Source: a virus. From it: a stretch of DNA of 64,000 nucleotides. Positions 52,897-63,557 of the stretch are shown in pieces; the first letter of the stretch is position 1, and every line of letters begins with the position of its first letter. The notes beneath the pieces are model-generated. The model did no database searches, was not told the DNA's origin, and saw only the letters and a program-made list of their open reading frames with translations. The position numbers and the translations under genes are program-made. Location of the stretch: positions 1-64,000 of the IMG/VR virus record IMGVR_UViG_3300046799_000011, one strand, 5' to 3'.

Positions 52897-54133
52897 TCAT
52901 TAGCTCCTGATCAATATCGTCGTCCAGATCGAAGCCTTCCAACTCTACAAACTGTCCTGTATCGTAGTCGAACATTAGCACAATCTCGCATGGAGCACAA
53001 GAACGAGAGAGAAGGATCTTCATCTTCCGCATCTTAGGATCTTCTGTGCGCTCAATACCAATGACGGTATTAGAGTACTGTATGAACGCACGAGAACCCA
53101 TGATGGAGTCGTTGTTCAGAGTCTCACCCTTAGTACGTGCTGGGGTTGACTGTGTCACAGCGACAATACAAATACTACGTCGCATGGCCATGAACTTCAA
53201 GCCGGAGATGATGTTGGTCAGGGCTGCGGGTGATCCCTTGTTCTCACCATTCTCGTCGTCCAGCATATAGGTACCGTCAATAATGACAACATGCGGCTTA
53301 AAGATATCAACCTTCGCACCAATAGCCGTGACTGTCATACAGTCCTCAGAGATCATCATAGGCTCATACTCTTCAGTAGCCTGGATTCCCTCTTGAAGTT
53401 TCTGCCAATTCTCCTGATTAATGTTTCCACTATTCAGGAGGTTGTCATTGAACCCCGCACGATAGGCATCAAGCCTACGCTCCTGCTCTTCAACTGTCTG
53501 TTCGTACGTCAGGTACAGTACTCGGTAACCACTCTCCTGGATAGTCATAGCCATCCGTAGGGCAAGGGTAGACTTACTAGCCTTTGCCAGACCTGTCACT
53601 GTGACAAGCTGACCAGGCTGAAGGCCCTGTGTGGCTCTGTCGATCGTTGGGAAGCCTGTCGGGACACCTACTAGGGTACCGGGGTTGTTCTTGCGTTCTA
53701 GGTACCTTGCAAGCCGTTCTGAGCCGTTCTGAGAGACATCCACGTCACGGCTATTGGGGATTGCAGTGTGCGCCTTGGAAAGAGTGACACCCAGGAAGTT
53801 AATTGCGTCCTCAATACGGTTGTCCTCATACGCATCATTGAACTTATCCAAGTTCTCTGCGAGGACTCCCTTGACATACTGGAGTTCAATTCTCTTCTTA
53901 ATGTCTGCCCAAGGCTCATCTACTGGAACCAGAATTGCGCCAGGACAATCCAGCATAAAGACACGCTTAGTAGGTACAGAACCTATCTCAGAATAATACT
54001 TTCTGATGTACTCAAAAGCCTTGCGATAATCACTGTCATGCAAGAAGTATGAAGGAACATCAGCGACTTCCACCATGTCTTGCTCTTGGATTATCTTTGA
54101 AATAAATAGCTTCTCGACATTGAACGTCGCCAA
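52862..54133 (-). CDS. dnaB: DnaB-like replicative helicase
   Basis: VPTGFPTID..T.GLQPGQL, IIDG, Q, GS...Q. Confidence 0.9.
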   Translation of the reverse strand: MATFNVEKLFISKIIQEQDMVEVADVPSYFLHDSDYRKAFEYIRKYYSEIGSVPTKRVFMLDCPGAILVPVDEPWADIKKRIELQYVKGVLAENLDKFNDAYEDNRIEDAINFLGVTLSKAHTAIPNSRDVDVSQNGSERLARYLERKNNPGTLVGVPTGFPTIDRATQGLQPGQLVTVTGLAKASKSTLALRMAMTIQESGYRVLYLTYEQTVEEQERRLDAYRAGFNDNLLNSGNINQENWQKLQEGIQATEEYEPMMISEDCMTVTAIGAKVDIFKPHVVIIDGTYMLDDENGENKGSPAALTNIISGLKFMAMRRSICIVAVTQSTPARTKGETLNNDSIMGSRAFIQYSNTVIGIERTEDPKMRKMKILLSRSCAPCEIVLMFDYDTGQFVELEGFDLDDDIDQELMNEEYGTAFSGF

Positions 54134-54141
54134 AACCCCTC

Positions 54142-55519
54142 CTAGGTAATAAGGTTGATCAAGTTGAACTGGTCTGAGGAACAGTACCTACCCTTACTAC
54201 CCCAAGTCAAGTAGCGTTTAGGTTCAGGATCCAACACACTGATGATGGCAGGATCGTAGGTCAAGTCTGCTAGTAGTAGCTCTGTGTCGTAGTAGTGTAC
54301 ATCTCCGAATAGTAGGTTACGGCTGTCCAATTTATCTCTGATAGCTGAAACAAAGGCGGGATCTATAAAGGTAATAACGTCTACTCTGAAACGTTGTCTC
54401 CAATATAGATCCCGAATTCCCTGTGAAGTCTTTATATTCAATTGATAATAGTCTGCTGCCTGTTCCCACTTTTTCCTTTTTCGCGCCAACTGCTCTGCGA
54501 GTCGGTCCTTGGTATTAGGCAGTAGACCAATTAAGTTTTCGAATACTACATAGATTCTTGGGAGAGTTTCAGAACTTAACTCACCCTTCCTCATTCAGCA
54601 TCTTCTCAATACGATACTGGGCACGGTCAGCGTAGAACTGAATCCACCGGTCATCCAACTCTCCCATATCCAGGGGGTCAGTTGCTACCTTGTTATCCTC
54701 AGGGGTCCAGTCTCCCGGATCCTCTCCACCGTACGTTACATTAGCCATGCTGAATCTCCTCGTAAGTTCCATTACAACAACCGTCACAGCCATGGATTCC
54801 CATGCCGTGAGCACCTTGCCTTGAAAAGAAGGCTACACTGTCCGGATCACTATGTCCAATCCCATGAGGGCAGAAACGCTCAGCTAATCCGTACTTGAAT
54901 GAATCTCTGCGAATAGCGATAGGCGCATCCTTTAAGGGATGATCAGAAGGATTATGTATGGCACAGAACTCTCCAGCACATACCGCTGCCTTGTGTACGT
55001 TCCATACTTCGGGAGAATCGTCCGTAAATTTATCATACTTCCATGTTTTGTTTTGTCTTAACTTCATATATTCCTACTGGGGATCGGCTTGGACATAAAC
55101 GGTATTACCTCTGGTGCGGTTGACTACCCGATGAGGATTTTTGGTTTCCTTTGCTGCTCTACGTGTACGCTGGGCAGCTCCTAGTTTACCTGCGGTCAGT
55201 TGCATGTCATCATGCCAATTACCATTGACTAATACCTGAAGCCAGTAAACGTCTCCTACTTCATGCTTTGGCATTACGTAAAGTCCAATCCACATCCGGG
55301 GCAGACAAGATTCTGCTCGTAGTTAATCCATACACCAAAGGGCTCATCCGCTCTTGGGCATTCGTCTGGCTCATAGGTACCAATACCTAGATGCCGTTCC
55401 CGGTATTCAATATCGTGGGTAAAATGCCCAAGACCAAAGAAAGACCGATGCTCGGGTGGAAGCTCCTTAAGGGTAAGAACCTTACCGTCAAACTCTACTA
55501 GCTCCTCCGGATTGACCAT
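54142..55519 (-). CDS. hypothetical genes including 54142-54594, 54741-55067, 55074-55271, 55274-55519
   Basis: Tiled ORFs. Confidence 0.6.
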
Positions 55520-55884
55520 GGAATTATTCCCTTCAAGTCTAGTTCAATTGTTAGGTTACAGGCATAAGAGTTACAGAAGAAACCGTTGTAATCAATATCT
55601 ATACGGCGCGTCTTACGATTACAGATAAAACAGGGCATTGGCCAATTAAGCGCAGCAGATTTCAGGTAATCAATATCAAATCCAGAAGGATCTAACCAGG
55701 TGTACCCATGTTCATCAGTCCATGGGTACACCACAGTCTCACTCGTAGTCATCATAGTCTTTCTCCTCCACCTCACAGGCATGGTCATCCATTTCCATGA
55801 ACGTACCATTATCCTGCGGAGCAAAAGCCCATGCCTGATCACACTCACCACAATACCAATGACCATAGAAACTAATCTCATCCA

Positions 55885-56787
55885 TCAGAAGTCTCCCTCG
55901 GCAACCTGTAGTACCTTGATACCCAGCTTGCGCATACGACGGACTACACGGTCACGATCGTCCAACCAGAATTCCACATTGAAGTTGTCCCGAATGTGGG
56001 TGTCAAACAGGAACTGCTTAACATCCGCGTCGTTGTCCTTCAGCATATCAGCCGGACGCATGAACAGGTGGTCGCAAGGAACATTCTTACGAGACAGCCA
56101 GTCCAGAGTCTGAACCCGGTTGTTACTAACATCAGGGCGACCCGACAGAGCAAGCGCAAAGTACCCATCGTAATTGGAGTACTTACTGATGATATCCGCA
56201 ATCTCCATGTGCAATCCATCCGTGTCAAGACGGCTGTAGTCATAAGGACTACGGTGATCATGCCTTGCCACAGTACCATCCAGATCATAGACGATGGCCA
56301 GTGGCTTACTCTGATCTGGAACGTAAAGAGGTGACAGCGTAACATCATTCATGAACTCAGCCGTAAGCCTCCAGGGCTTCTCAAGCTGACGTGCCATATT
56401 CTTGATGACAGTTGAACCAACAGGATTATCCCGCTGGGCATCCCGCTCAATGCATACGTCAACAGGAACATCAGTGAAGTCGGCAATGGAAAAGAGAACA
56501 TCTCCGTCAAAGAGCTTCTTAATCCGGGTAGGGGACTTACTGTTCAAATTGGTATCGTGAACGATAACATCCTTGCCCGCCTTAATCCCACTAACAATAA
56601 CGCCATCCTGAATCTTGGATACTAGATTCTCCTGATCCTTATTCCCGATAGGAAAACATCCGATCATCTTGCGAATGTCATCTCGGGAAACCAAGATGAT
56701 CTGCTCAGGGTCTCGGTTCTGCGTTGCAACTGCCCACGTACTCTTGCCTGATCCCGGGAGTCCCGTTGTCAGAATAATGCTTGGCAT
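55885..56787 (-). CDS. pnk: polynucleotide 5'-kinase/3'-phosphatase (T4 PseT-like)
   Basis: GLPGSGKST, RDDIR; DLDGT, SGR, DDR. Confidence 0.93.
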   Translation of the reverse strand: MPSIILTTGLPGSGKSTWAVATQNRDPEQIILVSRDDIRKMIGCFPIGNKDQENLVSKIQDGVIVSGIKAGKDVIVHDTNLNSKSPTRIKKLFDGDVLFSIADFTDVPVDVCIERDAQRDNPVGSTVIKNMARQLEKPWRLTAEFMNDVTLSPLYVPDQSKPLAIVYDLDGTVARHDHRSPYDYSRLDTDGLHMEIADIISKYSNYDGYFALALSGRPDVSNNRVQTLDWLSRKNVPCDHLFMRPADMLKDNDADVKQFLFDTHIRDNFNVEFWLDDRDRVVRRMRKLGIKVLQVAEGDF

Positions 56788-56993
56788 TACTTCTCCCATT
56801 CATAAAAGTTCTTGGCGTAGATAGTAGCGAATATTACACAGATCCATATGAAACCGTACTGATGTGTGACGATAGCATAGGGAATCCACAGTACTTGGTA
56901 CAAGAACCCAATAGCCCAGCCGATTCGTTTCTTACCAGCTAGGTAAGCACCTAATGCACCTACTGAGGACAGAAACCAACTGGTCAGTTCCAT
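56787..56993 (-). CDS. small PnuC-like membrane protein
   Basis: W.LS.VG..G.YLAG.K..GW....Q.LW..YA....QYG. Confidence 0.55.
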   Translation of the reverse strand: MELTSWFLSSVGALGAYLAGKKRIGWAIGFLYQVLWIPYAIVTHQYGFIWICVIFATIYAKNFYEWEK

Positions 56994-57358
56994 TAGTTAC
57001 CATGTCTTCCGCTATGCCACGGCAGTGCCAGCCGATCATTAATTTTTCGAGGAATAATGTGTAGATGTAGATGAAATACACTCTGTGTAGCTACTCTGCC
57101 TTTAGAGGTAATAAGATTGAAATCCTCTCCTGGTAGCTCCTGCGTAAGTTGTGCTGCCCTAAACATAGTTGAAGCAGAAATAGCAGGTACGTGTGAAAAG
57201 TTTACAGAATGTCTCTTTGGGATAACAATAGTATGCCCAGCAACTACGGGGTCCAGCGGGATGATAGCCAGCGCGTCATCCCATTCTCTAACAATGTCTG
57301 CGGGCTCTATTTTTTCCACAATTTCACAGAATATACAGCCTGCGGTACTCCATCCCAT
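56993..57358 (-). CDS. HIT-family nucleotide hydrolase
   Basis: CIFC, GH..VIPK.H, QSVFHLHLHIIPR. Confidence 0.9.
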   Translation of the reverse strand: MGWSTAGCIFCEIVEKIEPADIVREWDDALAIIPLDPVVAGHTIVIPKRHSVNFSHVPAISASTMFRAAQLTQELPGEDFNLITSKGRVATQSVFHLHLHIIPRKINDRLALPWHSGRHGN

Positions 57359-57923
57359 ATCTCTCCTTAAGATAAATCCAACAAGGCTGAGGGACTTATT
57401 CACTATGCCTTATATTACCCTCAGCCAAGTTAAACCGATCTTACATATTGTCTAGTGCTGAGTAGATCTTTTCCATTGCAGCATCATGACCGCTCTGCCA
57501 ACCGTCATCGTACGTATCCTCGTTACGATTCTCACCGCCATCAGAGTAGGCTGACTCAAAGAACCTGTCAAGGAAGTCATAGAGCGCGTCTTCCAGGTTG
57601 TTGGCATCGTAAGGATTGGAGGGCAGGAGGACACCATGATCCTCAAGAATATTCCGTACCTCTACGCTGGCCTTGTGAGCATCCATTAGACTTCCTTCTC
57701 CTCGTTGTACTTGGTCTCTGTCTTGTGAAGCATAGCGTAGACTGCCTCTTCCAGCAACTCGAACTCTGCGTAGCAGTCCGCCATCTCTTCCCAGGCTTCC
57801 TTGAGTTCATCAGGAAGATCATAGTCATCCACATCCCGAATACCGTACTCCAGTACAGCAGAGATGCCACCTTCCCACTCAATCTTTCCGAGTAGGTCAA
57901 AAATATTACGCGATTCTGTCATA

Positions 57924-58595
57924 TTAATCCTTAGTCTTTCGGGTATCCTGACCCACAATGACTAGTGGATCAAATGCATCGTAACGAAAACTGTCAAAAG
58001 AGTCACCATAAATAAATGGGATCTGGGACTGACTTATGTTAGTAGTGATAATAGTAGGCTTTCCCGCTTCATACCTTACACGGGTGAATTCATGGAGAGA
58101 ACTCTCCGTAAACCCTGTGGAGGTACGGTGCTCCTGACCTACATCATCAAAGACGGTAAGAGTTGCCCTTTCAGCACGGATAAGAAGTTCCTTAGCCCTG
58201 GTCTTAACGTCTGAATCCTCCTTGGCAAAGGTATCTGTAAGCGCCTTCTTCCAATCGGAGAAGCGAACATAGAATACCTTGTAGTTAGGACTACGGTACT
58301 GAACTTCTGTCAGAACAGCGCACGCAAGAGTGGACTTACGGGTACCATTAGGCCCAATGAGCATGAGGCCCCGCCCAATATTACTACGATCCTCAGGAAA
58401 TATGCCCGATTCAGCCCTCTTGTCTGATACGTAATGATCCTCAAAAGTATTTACAAACTGCATAGCCTTTTCTCGGGCCAACATACCTGAAGTATGAGGA
58501 TTACTATACTCGGCCAGCCGGATTCCCCGGAACTTGACGGGAATATTAGACCTGCTCCATCGGCCGCCATAGAATTCGTCAGACATCTTAACCAT
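57924..58595 (-). CDS. dnaC: DnaC/IstB-like AAA+ helicase loader
   Basis: GLMLIGPNGTRKS, FDDVG.E, RY...KPTIITTN. Confidence 0.8.
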   Translation of the reverse strand: MVKMSDEFYGGRWSRSNIPVKFRGIRLAEYSNPHTSGMLAREKAMQFVNTFEDHYVSDKRAESGIFPEDRSNIGRGLMLIGPNGTRKSTLACAVLTEVQYRSPNYKVFYVRFSDWKKALTDTFAKEDSDVKTRAKELLIRAERATLTVFDDVGQEHRTSTGFTESSLHEFTRVRYEAGKPTIITTNISQSQIPFIYGDSFDSFRYDAFDPLVIVGQDTRKTKD

Positions 58596-58860
58596 TTAGT
58601 CTCCTAGTGAATTGACATGCCTGATCTTGAGGGATACCCCAGTAGTATTACCATCCTCATAAAGATGGTAAAGATTCTTACTGATGAACTCCCAAGTAAA
58701 GTTACCAGGCTCCTCAGCGTCATTGTAACCCGCCTTCCAGCGGGAGTAAAAGATGTCCTCATAATCCTGAATGGCACAGAATGCTGCAAACGACTTATCG
58801 TCGTACAGCTCATTACCTTCCCATTCAGGCCACTCGTCCATAATAACTTCGAAAACGTAG

Positions 58861-59187
58861 TCAGAAGTCACGTTCGGCATTCTGCTTTTCCCTTTCAATA
58901 AGGTAATCAATATGGTGCCTAGCCTTTTCTAGATCTTCTATACCGTTCTTGGCTCGGTAGCGCATGACGTACTTAACCACGTTTCCTTCCCAGAAGTCAA
59001 GCTCTCCCCGGGCTATCACTTCCCAAGGTTGAATAGCCATCGTCTTATAATGACTCCCCCCTACTTGCTTCTCAGAAGCCAACAAGGGTACAGATGCGGT
59101 GTAGTTATGAAGACCATGCTTAACGCAGCCTCGGGGCAGTCCCATATGATCAGCTTCAGGGCATTCACATATACATGGGGGTAGCAT
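58861..59187 (-). CDS. DUF3310 (SaV-like) protein
   Basis: QVGGSHYK..IQP, F.EGNVVKY..R...KNG.EDLEKA. Confidence 0.85.
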   Translation of the reverse strand: MLPPCICECPEADHMGLPRGCVKHGLHNYTASVPLLASEKQVGGSHYKTMAIQPWEVIARGELDFWEGNVVKYVMRYRAKNGIEDLEKARHHIDYLIEREKQNAERDF

Positions 59188-60687
59188 TATGCGTTCCCCA
59201 AATCGTATCGGATAGTAGTAAGACCTACATAGGCTTCCCTTATAGCATTATGGAGATTCTGATTCTCTATTTCGAGATCCTTTGTATAGTCTGACTGCTC
59301 CTGTCCTGTGGCCTTTGCCCGTAGATAGTCGTACTCTTCTACGGTTAGAAAGTAGCCTACCTCACCATCAAAACTCATACCAATTGGCTGAGCACTCACT
59401 TGTGATCTCCCTCAAACTCTCGGAATTCATCCCACCAGGTACGTGTGGAAATTCGGGTTTCAAATACATGCTTGTGTGCCGCGTTAGCCGCCTTGCTAAT
59501 AGATGCTTTAGGCGAAAGCTTTATAGGCAAACCTACCTCATCATATGAATCTTGAAGACCCATAGTCTCATGGATAGTTTTATCCAGCCACTTACGTTCC
59601 TTACGGATAGCAACAAAGATATAACCCCAGCCATTACTACGGACACGATAGTAATAACCTTCAGGCAATTCTGGTGCTCCTATACTAAGGAGTTCTGCCA
59701 TAGTCATTAGCTATCCTTAAGGATTCGGGTAAAGGTCTCCATGATATTGCCAAAGGCGGTAGTCAGTTCCTTGATATCGGAACTGAGCTGTGCCAGATCC
59801 GCCTTCTTTACAGAGAGGCTGTCGGTAACAGGGGCGATATTCTCACGAACATAGTCCACAGTCAAACCCAGCATGTCATCTGAAGTTACCGTAACAGTAG
59901 CCGAAAGCTCCCGCTTCTCTTCCTCACGAGCCACGGACTCAGCAACAAGCTTATCCAGTCCAGCAACTACCTCAGACTTAGCCTCAGGAACGTCCTGAGG
60001 GGCCTTCTGAGGCTCTTCCAGAGCCTTGGTGGGTACAGATGCCACCGCCTTCTTTGCGGCCCTCTTACGGGGCGCTGTGGCCTTCTTAGCCGGTACGGGA
60101 GCAACACCTTCAGTCTCTTCCCGATTGGCCTCAAAGACTGCAACAGAGGCTTCACGCTCAGCAATATCCTCAGCAGACTCATAGCCCTCAAAGGCATCGA
60201 TAAGTCCCTCACAGATATTCAGAGTCTGGAGATGCTTGTCATTCTTAGCGTAGCCAATGATCTCGAAATCAGAAAGAACAGAGCTACCCTGCTCATAAGT
60301 ACTCTTCGGGTTATGCGCCATAAGGAATGCTGTCTCATTACCAGTCATCTTCTCAATGACAAGCTGAGCAAGACCATACTCAAGAACAGCAAGCTCAGTC
60401 TTCCGATGGACAAAGCACTCTTCCGGAAGAGCGGAAAGCTCAGGAGTCATCGGAGCCATATCAGACTTGATAACTGTAAGCTTGAATTCCCACTCTGCGG
60501 CAATCTTGATAATGTTACGAATTGCCGGACCCATGTACTTGAAGAGCGGAAGGATAAGATGCACCTCACGCTCTGCATCAGGATCCGGAAAGATCCAATC
60601 ACCAAGGGATTCTTGAAGATGGGACAGGCTTGCATTACCAGAGCCTGCGACCATAATCGTCAGGTCCCTATTGAAATCGCGGGTCAT
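59187..60687 (-). CDS. hypothetical genes 59187-59399, 59396-59707, 59707-60687
   Basis: Tiled ORFs; GGAGG RBS before 60687. Confidence 0.7.
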
Positions 60688-60717
60688 TTATCCTCCTGTA
60701 AGACGTTGATGGGTTGA

Positions 60718-60746
60718 ACTCTACGAGTAGCTATCGGATCTGTCAA
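60718..60746 (-). promoter_or_regulatory. HrdB-type promoter heading the replication operon
   Basis: TTGACA-N17-TAGAGT. Confidence 0.75.
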
Positions 60747-61006
60747 GGGGGTGGAGGAATATTTGATCTCCGCTTGTTGACAGTAGGCTTGGGCGCTGGT
60801 ACATCTCTAGTAGTTACAAGTTGTACCAGCAAGACACCTCCCGCTACGGCAAGAATCTCACGTAGTCCGGTGGGTGTACGCCATGAAAGATACGCGGTAG
60901 CTGGGATGACTGTCAAGTGGATGAACCAGTCAGGTGCCCGGTAGATGTACGGACGTAAAAACTCCCATAACCATAGGGCCATGAGAGCTGAAGTGATAAG
61001 TTGCAT
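60743..61006 (-). CDS. small membrane protein
   Basis: 2-3 hydrophobic segments; AAGGAG RBS. Confidence 0.6.
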   Translation of the reverse strand: MQLITSALMALWLWEFLRPYIYRAPDWFIHLTVIPATAYLSWRTPTGLREILAVAGGVLLVQLVTTRDVPAPKPTVNKRRSNIPPPP

Positions 61007-61062
61007 AGATTCTCCTTGGTAGATTTCAGAGTCTACCAGACCTTGACAGACGAAGTCTCTCC

Positions 61063-61172
61063 TTGACAGGTACCACAGATATATGTATACTTTTCTTTAT
61101 AATCTTTTAGTTATATAAATAAAGAAAAAGAGATACCTAAGTAAATTAAGTATCTCTTTTTCTTTATTTTAA
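61063..61172. other. + strand promoter, AT-rich tract and 20-bp IR (terminator of tail operon and/or origin)
   Basis: TTGACA-N17-TATACT; IR 61117-61136/61150-61169. Confidence 0.55.
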
Positions 61173-63557
61173 TTATGTTATTGGTTGTGCAAATAGAAGA
61201 TTATAATCTTCTCCTACAGGTAGTACTGAAGTTATAGCTTCATTTAAACTAAGGAATTTATTATTGTAATCCTTATAGTAATAAGATCTAGCTAAATTAG
61301 CTGTCCCTCCGGACTCCCACTTGTAATCAGCAGAGGCGTAGCCTCCATCAAAGTAACCATTGTAAGTTTCAGTTTCTTCTACCAGAAGGGAATCAATCCA
61401 GTAAGAGAAAGGAGCATGGGCTAAGTCTTGGAATTGTACAAAGATATTAAAAATATAATCTTGTAGGCCCTCTGGTGGAATAGTATAAGTGAATTGGAAT
61501 CTAGCCCAATTACCATCTATATTTTCAGGATTAGTTATCTTCTGGTCATTGATAGAGTGTCTCGATACTCCTAAGAAATTACCATCATAAAAATCTACAA
61601 ACACGTCTGGACAATTATCACCTTGTAAAAGCCAACCAGAAATAGTATAAGTATGTCCTGGCTTAAGCCCCTGAACTACTGGATACAACCCCGCAGTAAT
61701 TTTTGGTTTATTTGCTACACCAATCTTTGCATTAGAAGCTCCAGTAAACGTACCGCTAGGAGCTACTACATTTACCCGTAAAGAACCTAAAGATTGATAA
61801 CCAACTGTGCTGTCCCAAGCCACTGTTGCCGGAGTTGGTGTTCCCGTAGTACCTGAATTCGACTGGAACCATTGAGCAATTCCGGTATTGAATCCTGAGT
61901 TAACTACATAGTTTACCCTATCAGCTTTTACATTAATCTGTGCAGCTCTTGGGTGCTGGTAGTCTGTTGCTGCCTCTGTGAACTTAAGAGAGGCAGTTGT
62001 GATGGAATTGTTGCTGGTATACACCGTTTCCACTAATGGGGCTGTAACCTCAACTACGGGAACTACAGCCACCCAGGCAGCGTTAGTAGGAACCACAGTT
62101 TGATCCGCGTAAACTACACCGCTCTGCCAAATATTACTTCCAGGATGAGTGTTCTGGTTATTGATCAGAGCCTGTTGGTATGTGGATTCCACAAGGATAT
62201 TATACGAAGCATCATAGAATACAAGACTGGCAAACCAGATGGTATTAGCTCTTGCAGTAGACAGATAGACACTTCCAAAGAATGCCTCAGGATTTCCACT
62301 GTCATAACGTACAGGTACTAACGCTTCAAACTGAGGTAATACAAAGTAACCGAGAGTTGCATCACCTAAGGTGGCAGGACTTGTATTGGAAATTATCTTT
62401 CCTGAGTATTGTCCGTTCAAAGCCAGGTCAGTACTTCGGGTAATAGATGTAACACCCGTACCCGGAGAATACGCACAGCTATCAGTATAGATAGATGCGT
62501 TCAAAGGTAGTCTATTACCCAAACCTGTTGTTGTTTCTACTTGGGCATTAGTAAATAGGGTTGGGTTGGTATCTATAGGACTTAACGTGTTTCTTACATT
62601 TACGTAAGCTGCTGGTTGGAAGTAACTACCATCACGGTAAGGCATAGGAGCTGCAATAGGAGTTGAGTTATTGAACCAGCCGTTGACTGCCAATGTTCCT
62701 GCGAACTCCAGCGGATTGAGGGGTGCCCACGCATTGGTAACCAGAGGATCCACAGTTTGTACCGCTGCTGTGTAAACGAAGTCGGTCAGTCCTCCCTCAG
62801 GTATCCCTAGAGTGACGTTAAACGCCGCTCTGAAGCCCGCTGAGGCGTTAACAGAACCCGATAGGGCATTGGGGTCAGTCAGGGAAATCTGACCGCTTAC
62901 AGAGGCTGTGGCGGTTCCTGTGGAGCTGAGTTCAAGGCTGTCGTACGGATTGTTTACATGAGAAATATAGGCAAAGTTATCCGGATTCTCTAGCCCAGTG
63001 AATCCAGAGAATATGGTTACCGTTACGGAAGAACCATCCCATGTGTATGGGACGCTACCTTGTTGTGTCCACGTAGATCCGTCAGGGGAAGTATCAAAGT
63101 ACAAAGTAACCTTTGCTACGTCTCTAATACGCCAGTAAGCATGTGCCACGGGATCGTACGTAGGCATTTGATTAATAGTGATATTGGAATCATCAGAGAC
63201 ATAGGCATTGAACTGACCATTAGGCCCTTGAGAGATTTCAACATAGTTATGTCTGTCAAATCGTATAAGGAGACCTGTTTGAATTCCGCCATTACCAGCG
63301 GGAGCCGGAACTATCTTCGCAAAGAAGTAACTGTCTTCCAAGTCATACAGTGAGGCACCCATATAACTTGGGGTATCTGTAGCTTCTACATAGACCAATT
63401 CCTGTACAGCATCGAACCCATAGTTACCGCTATTGGTATTCCATTGCGGATTGATGAAGTCGCTGGAGTCTCCAAAACCCCCATCACCAAAGCCGAAGAA
63501 ACCAAAGCCACCGCCCAAAAAGATATCGGTCAGGGTACTTGTTTTTGGATTTGCCAT
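61173..63557 (-). CDS. minor tail/baseplate protein with carbohydrate-binding-like beta domains
   Basis: Beta-rich; YWRIR..LYFDTSPDG.TW; N.GF; YFDG. Confidence 0.7.
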   Translation of the reverse strand: MANPKTSTLTDIFLGGGFGFFGFGDGGFGDSSDFINPQWNTNSGNYGFDAVQELVYVEATDTPSYMGASLYDLEDSYFFAKIVPAPAGNGGIQTGLLIRFDRHNYVEISQGPNGQFNAYVSDDSNITINQMPTYDPVAHAYWRIRDVAKVTLYFDTSPDGSTWTQQGSVPYTWDGSSVTVTIFSGFTGLENPDNFAYISHVNNPYDSLELSSTGTATASVSGQISLTDPNALSGSVNASAGFRAAFNVTLGIPEGGLTDFVYTAAVQTVDPLVTNAWAPLNPLEFAGTLAVNGWFNNSTPIAAPMPYRDGSYFQPAAYVNVRNTLSPIDTNPTLFTNAQVETTTGLGNRLPLNASIYTDSCAYSPGTGVTSITRSTDLALNGQYSGKIISNTSPATLGDATLGYFVLPQFEALVPVRYDSGNPEAFFGSVYLSTARANTIWFASLVFYDASYNILVESTYQQALINNQNTHPGSNIWQSGVVYADQTVVPTNAAWVAVVPVVEVTAPLVETVYTSNNSITTASLKFTEAATDYQHPRAAQINVKADRVNYVVNSGFNTGIAQWFQSNSGTTGTPTPATVAWDSTVGYQSLGSLRVNVVAPSGTFTGASNAKIGVANKPKITAGLYPVVQGLKPGHTYTISGWLLQGDNCPDVFVDFYDGNFLGVSRHSINDQKITNPENIDGNWARFQFTYTIPPEGLQDYIFNIFVQFQDLAHAPFSYWIDSLLVEETETYNGYFDGGYASADYKWESGGTANLARSYYYKDYNNKFLSLNEAITSVLPVGEDYNLLFAQPIT

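Noticed and set aside
39056-54133. Inteins or introns in RecA, RNR, PolA or DnaB
   Set aside because: Protein lengths are normal and ORFs are uninterrupted.
60743-61006. Holin call
   Set aside because: Far from the endolysin; hydrophobicity alone is insufficient.
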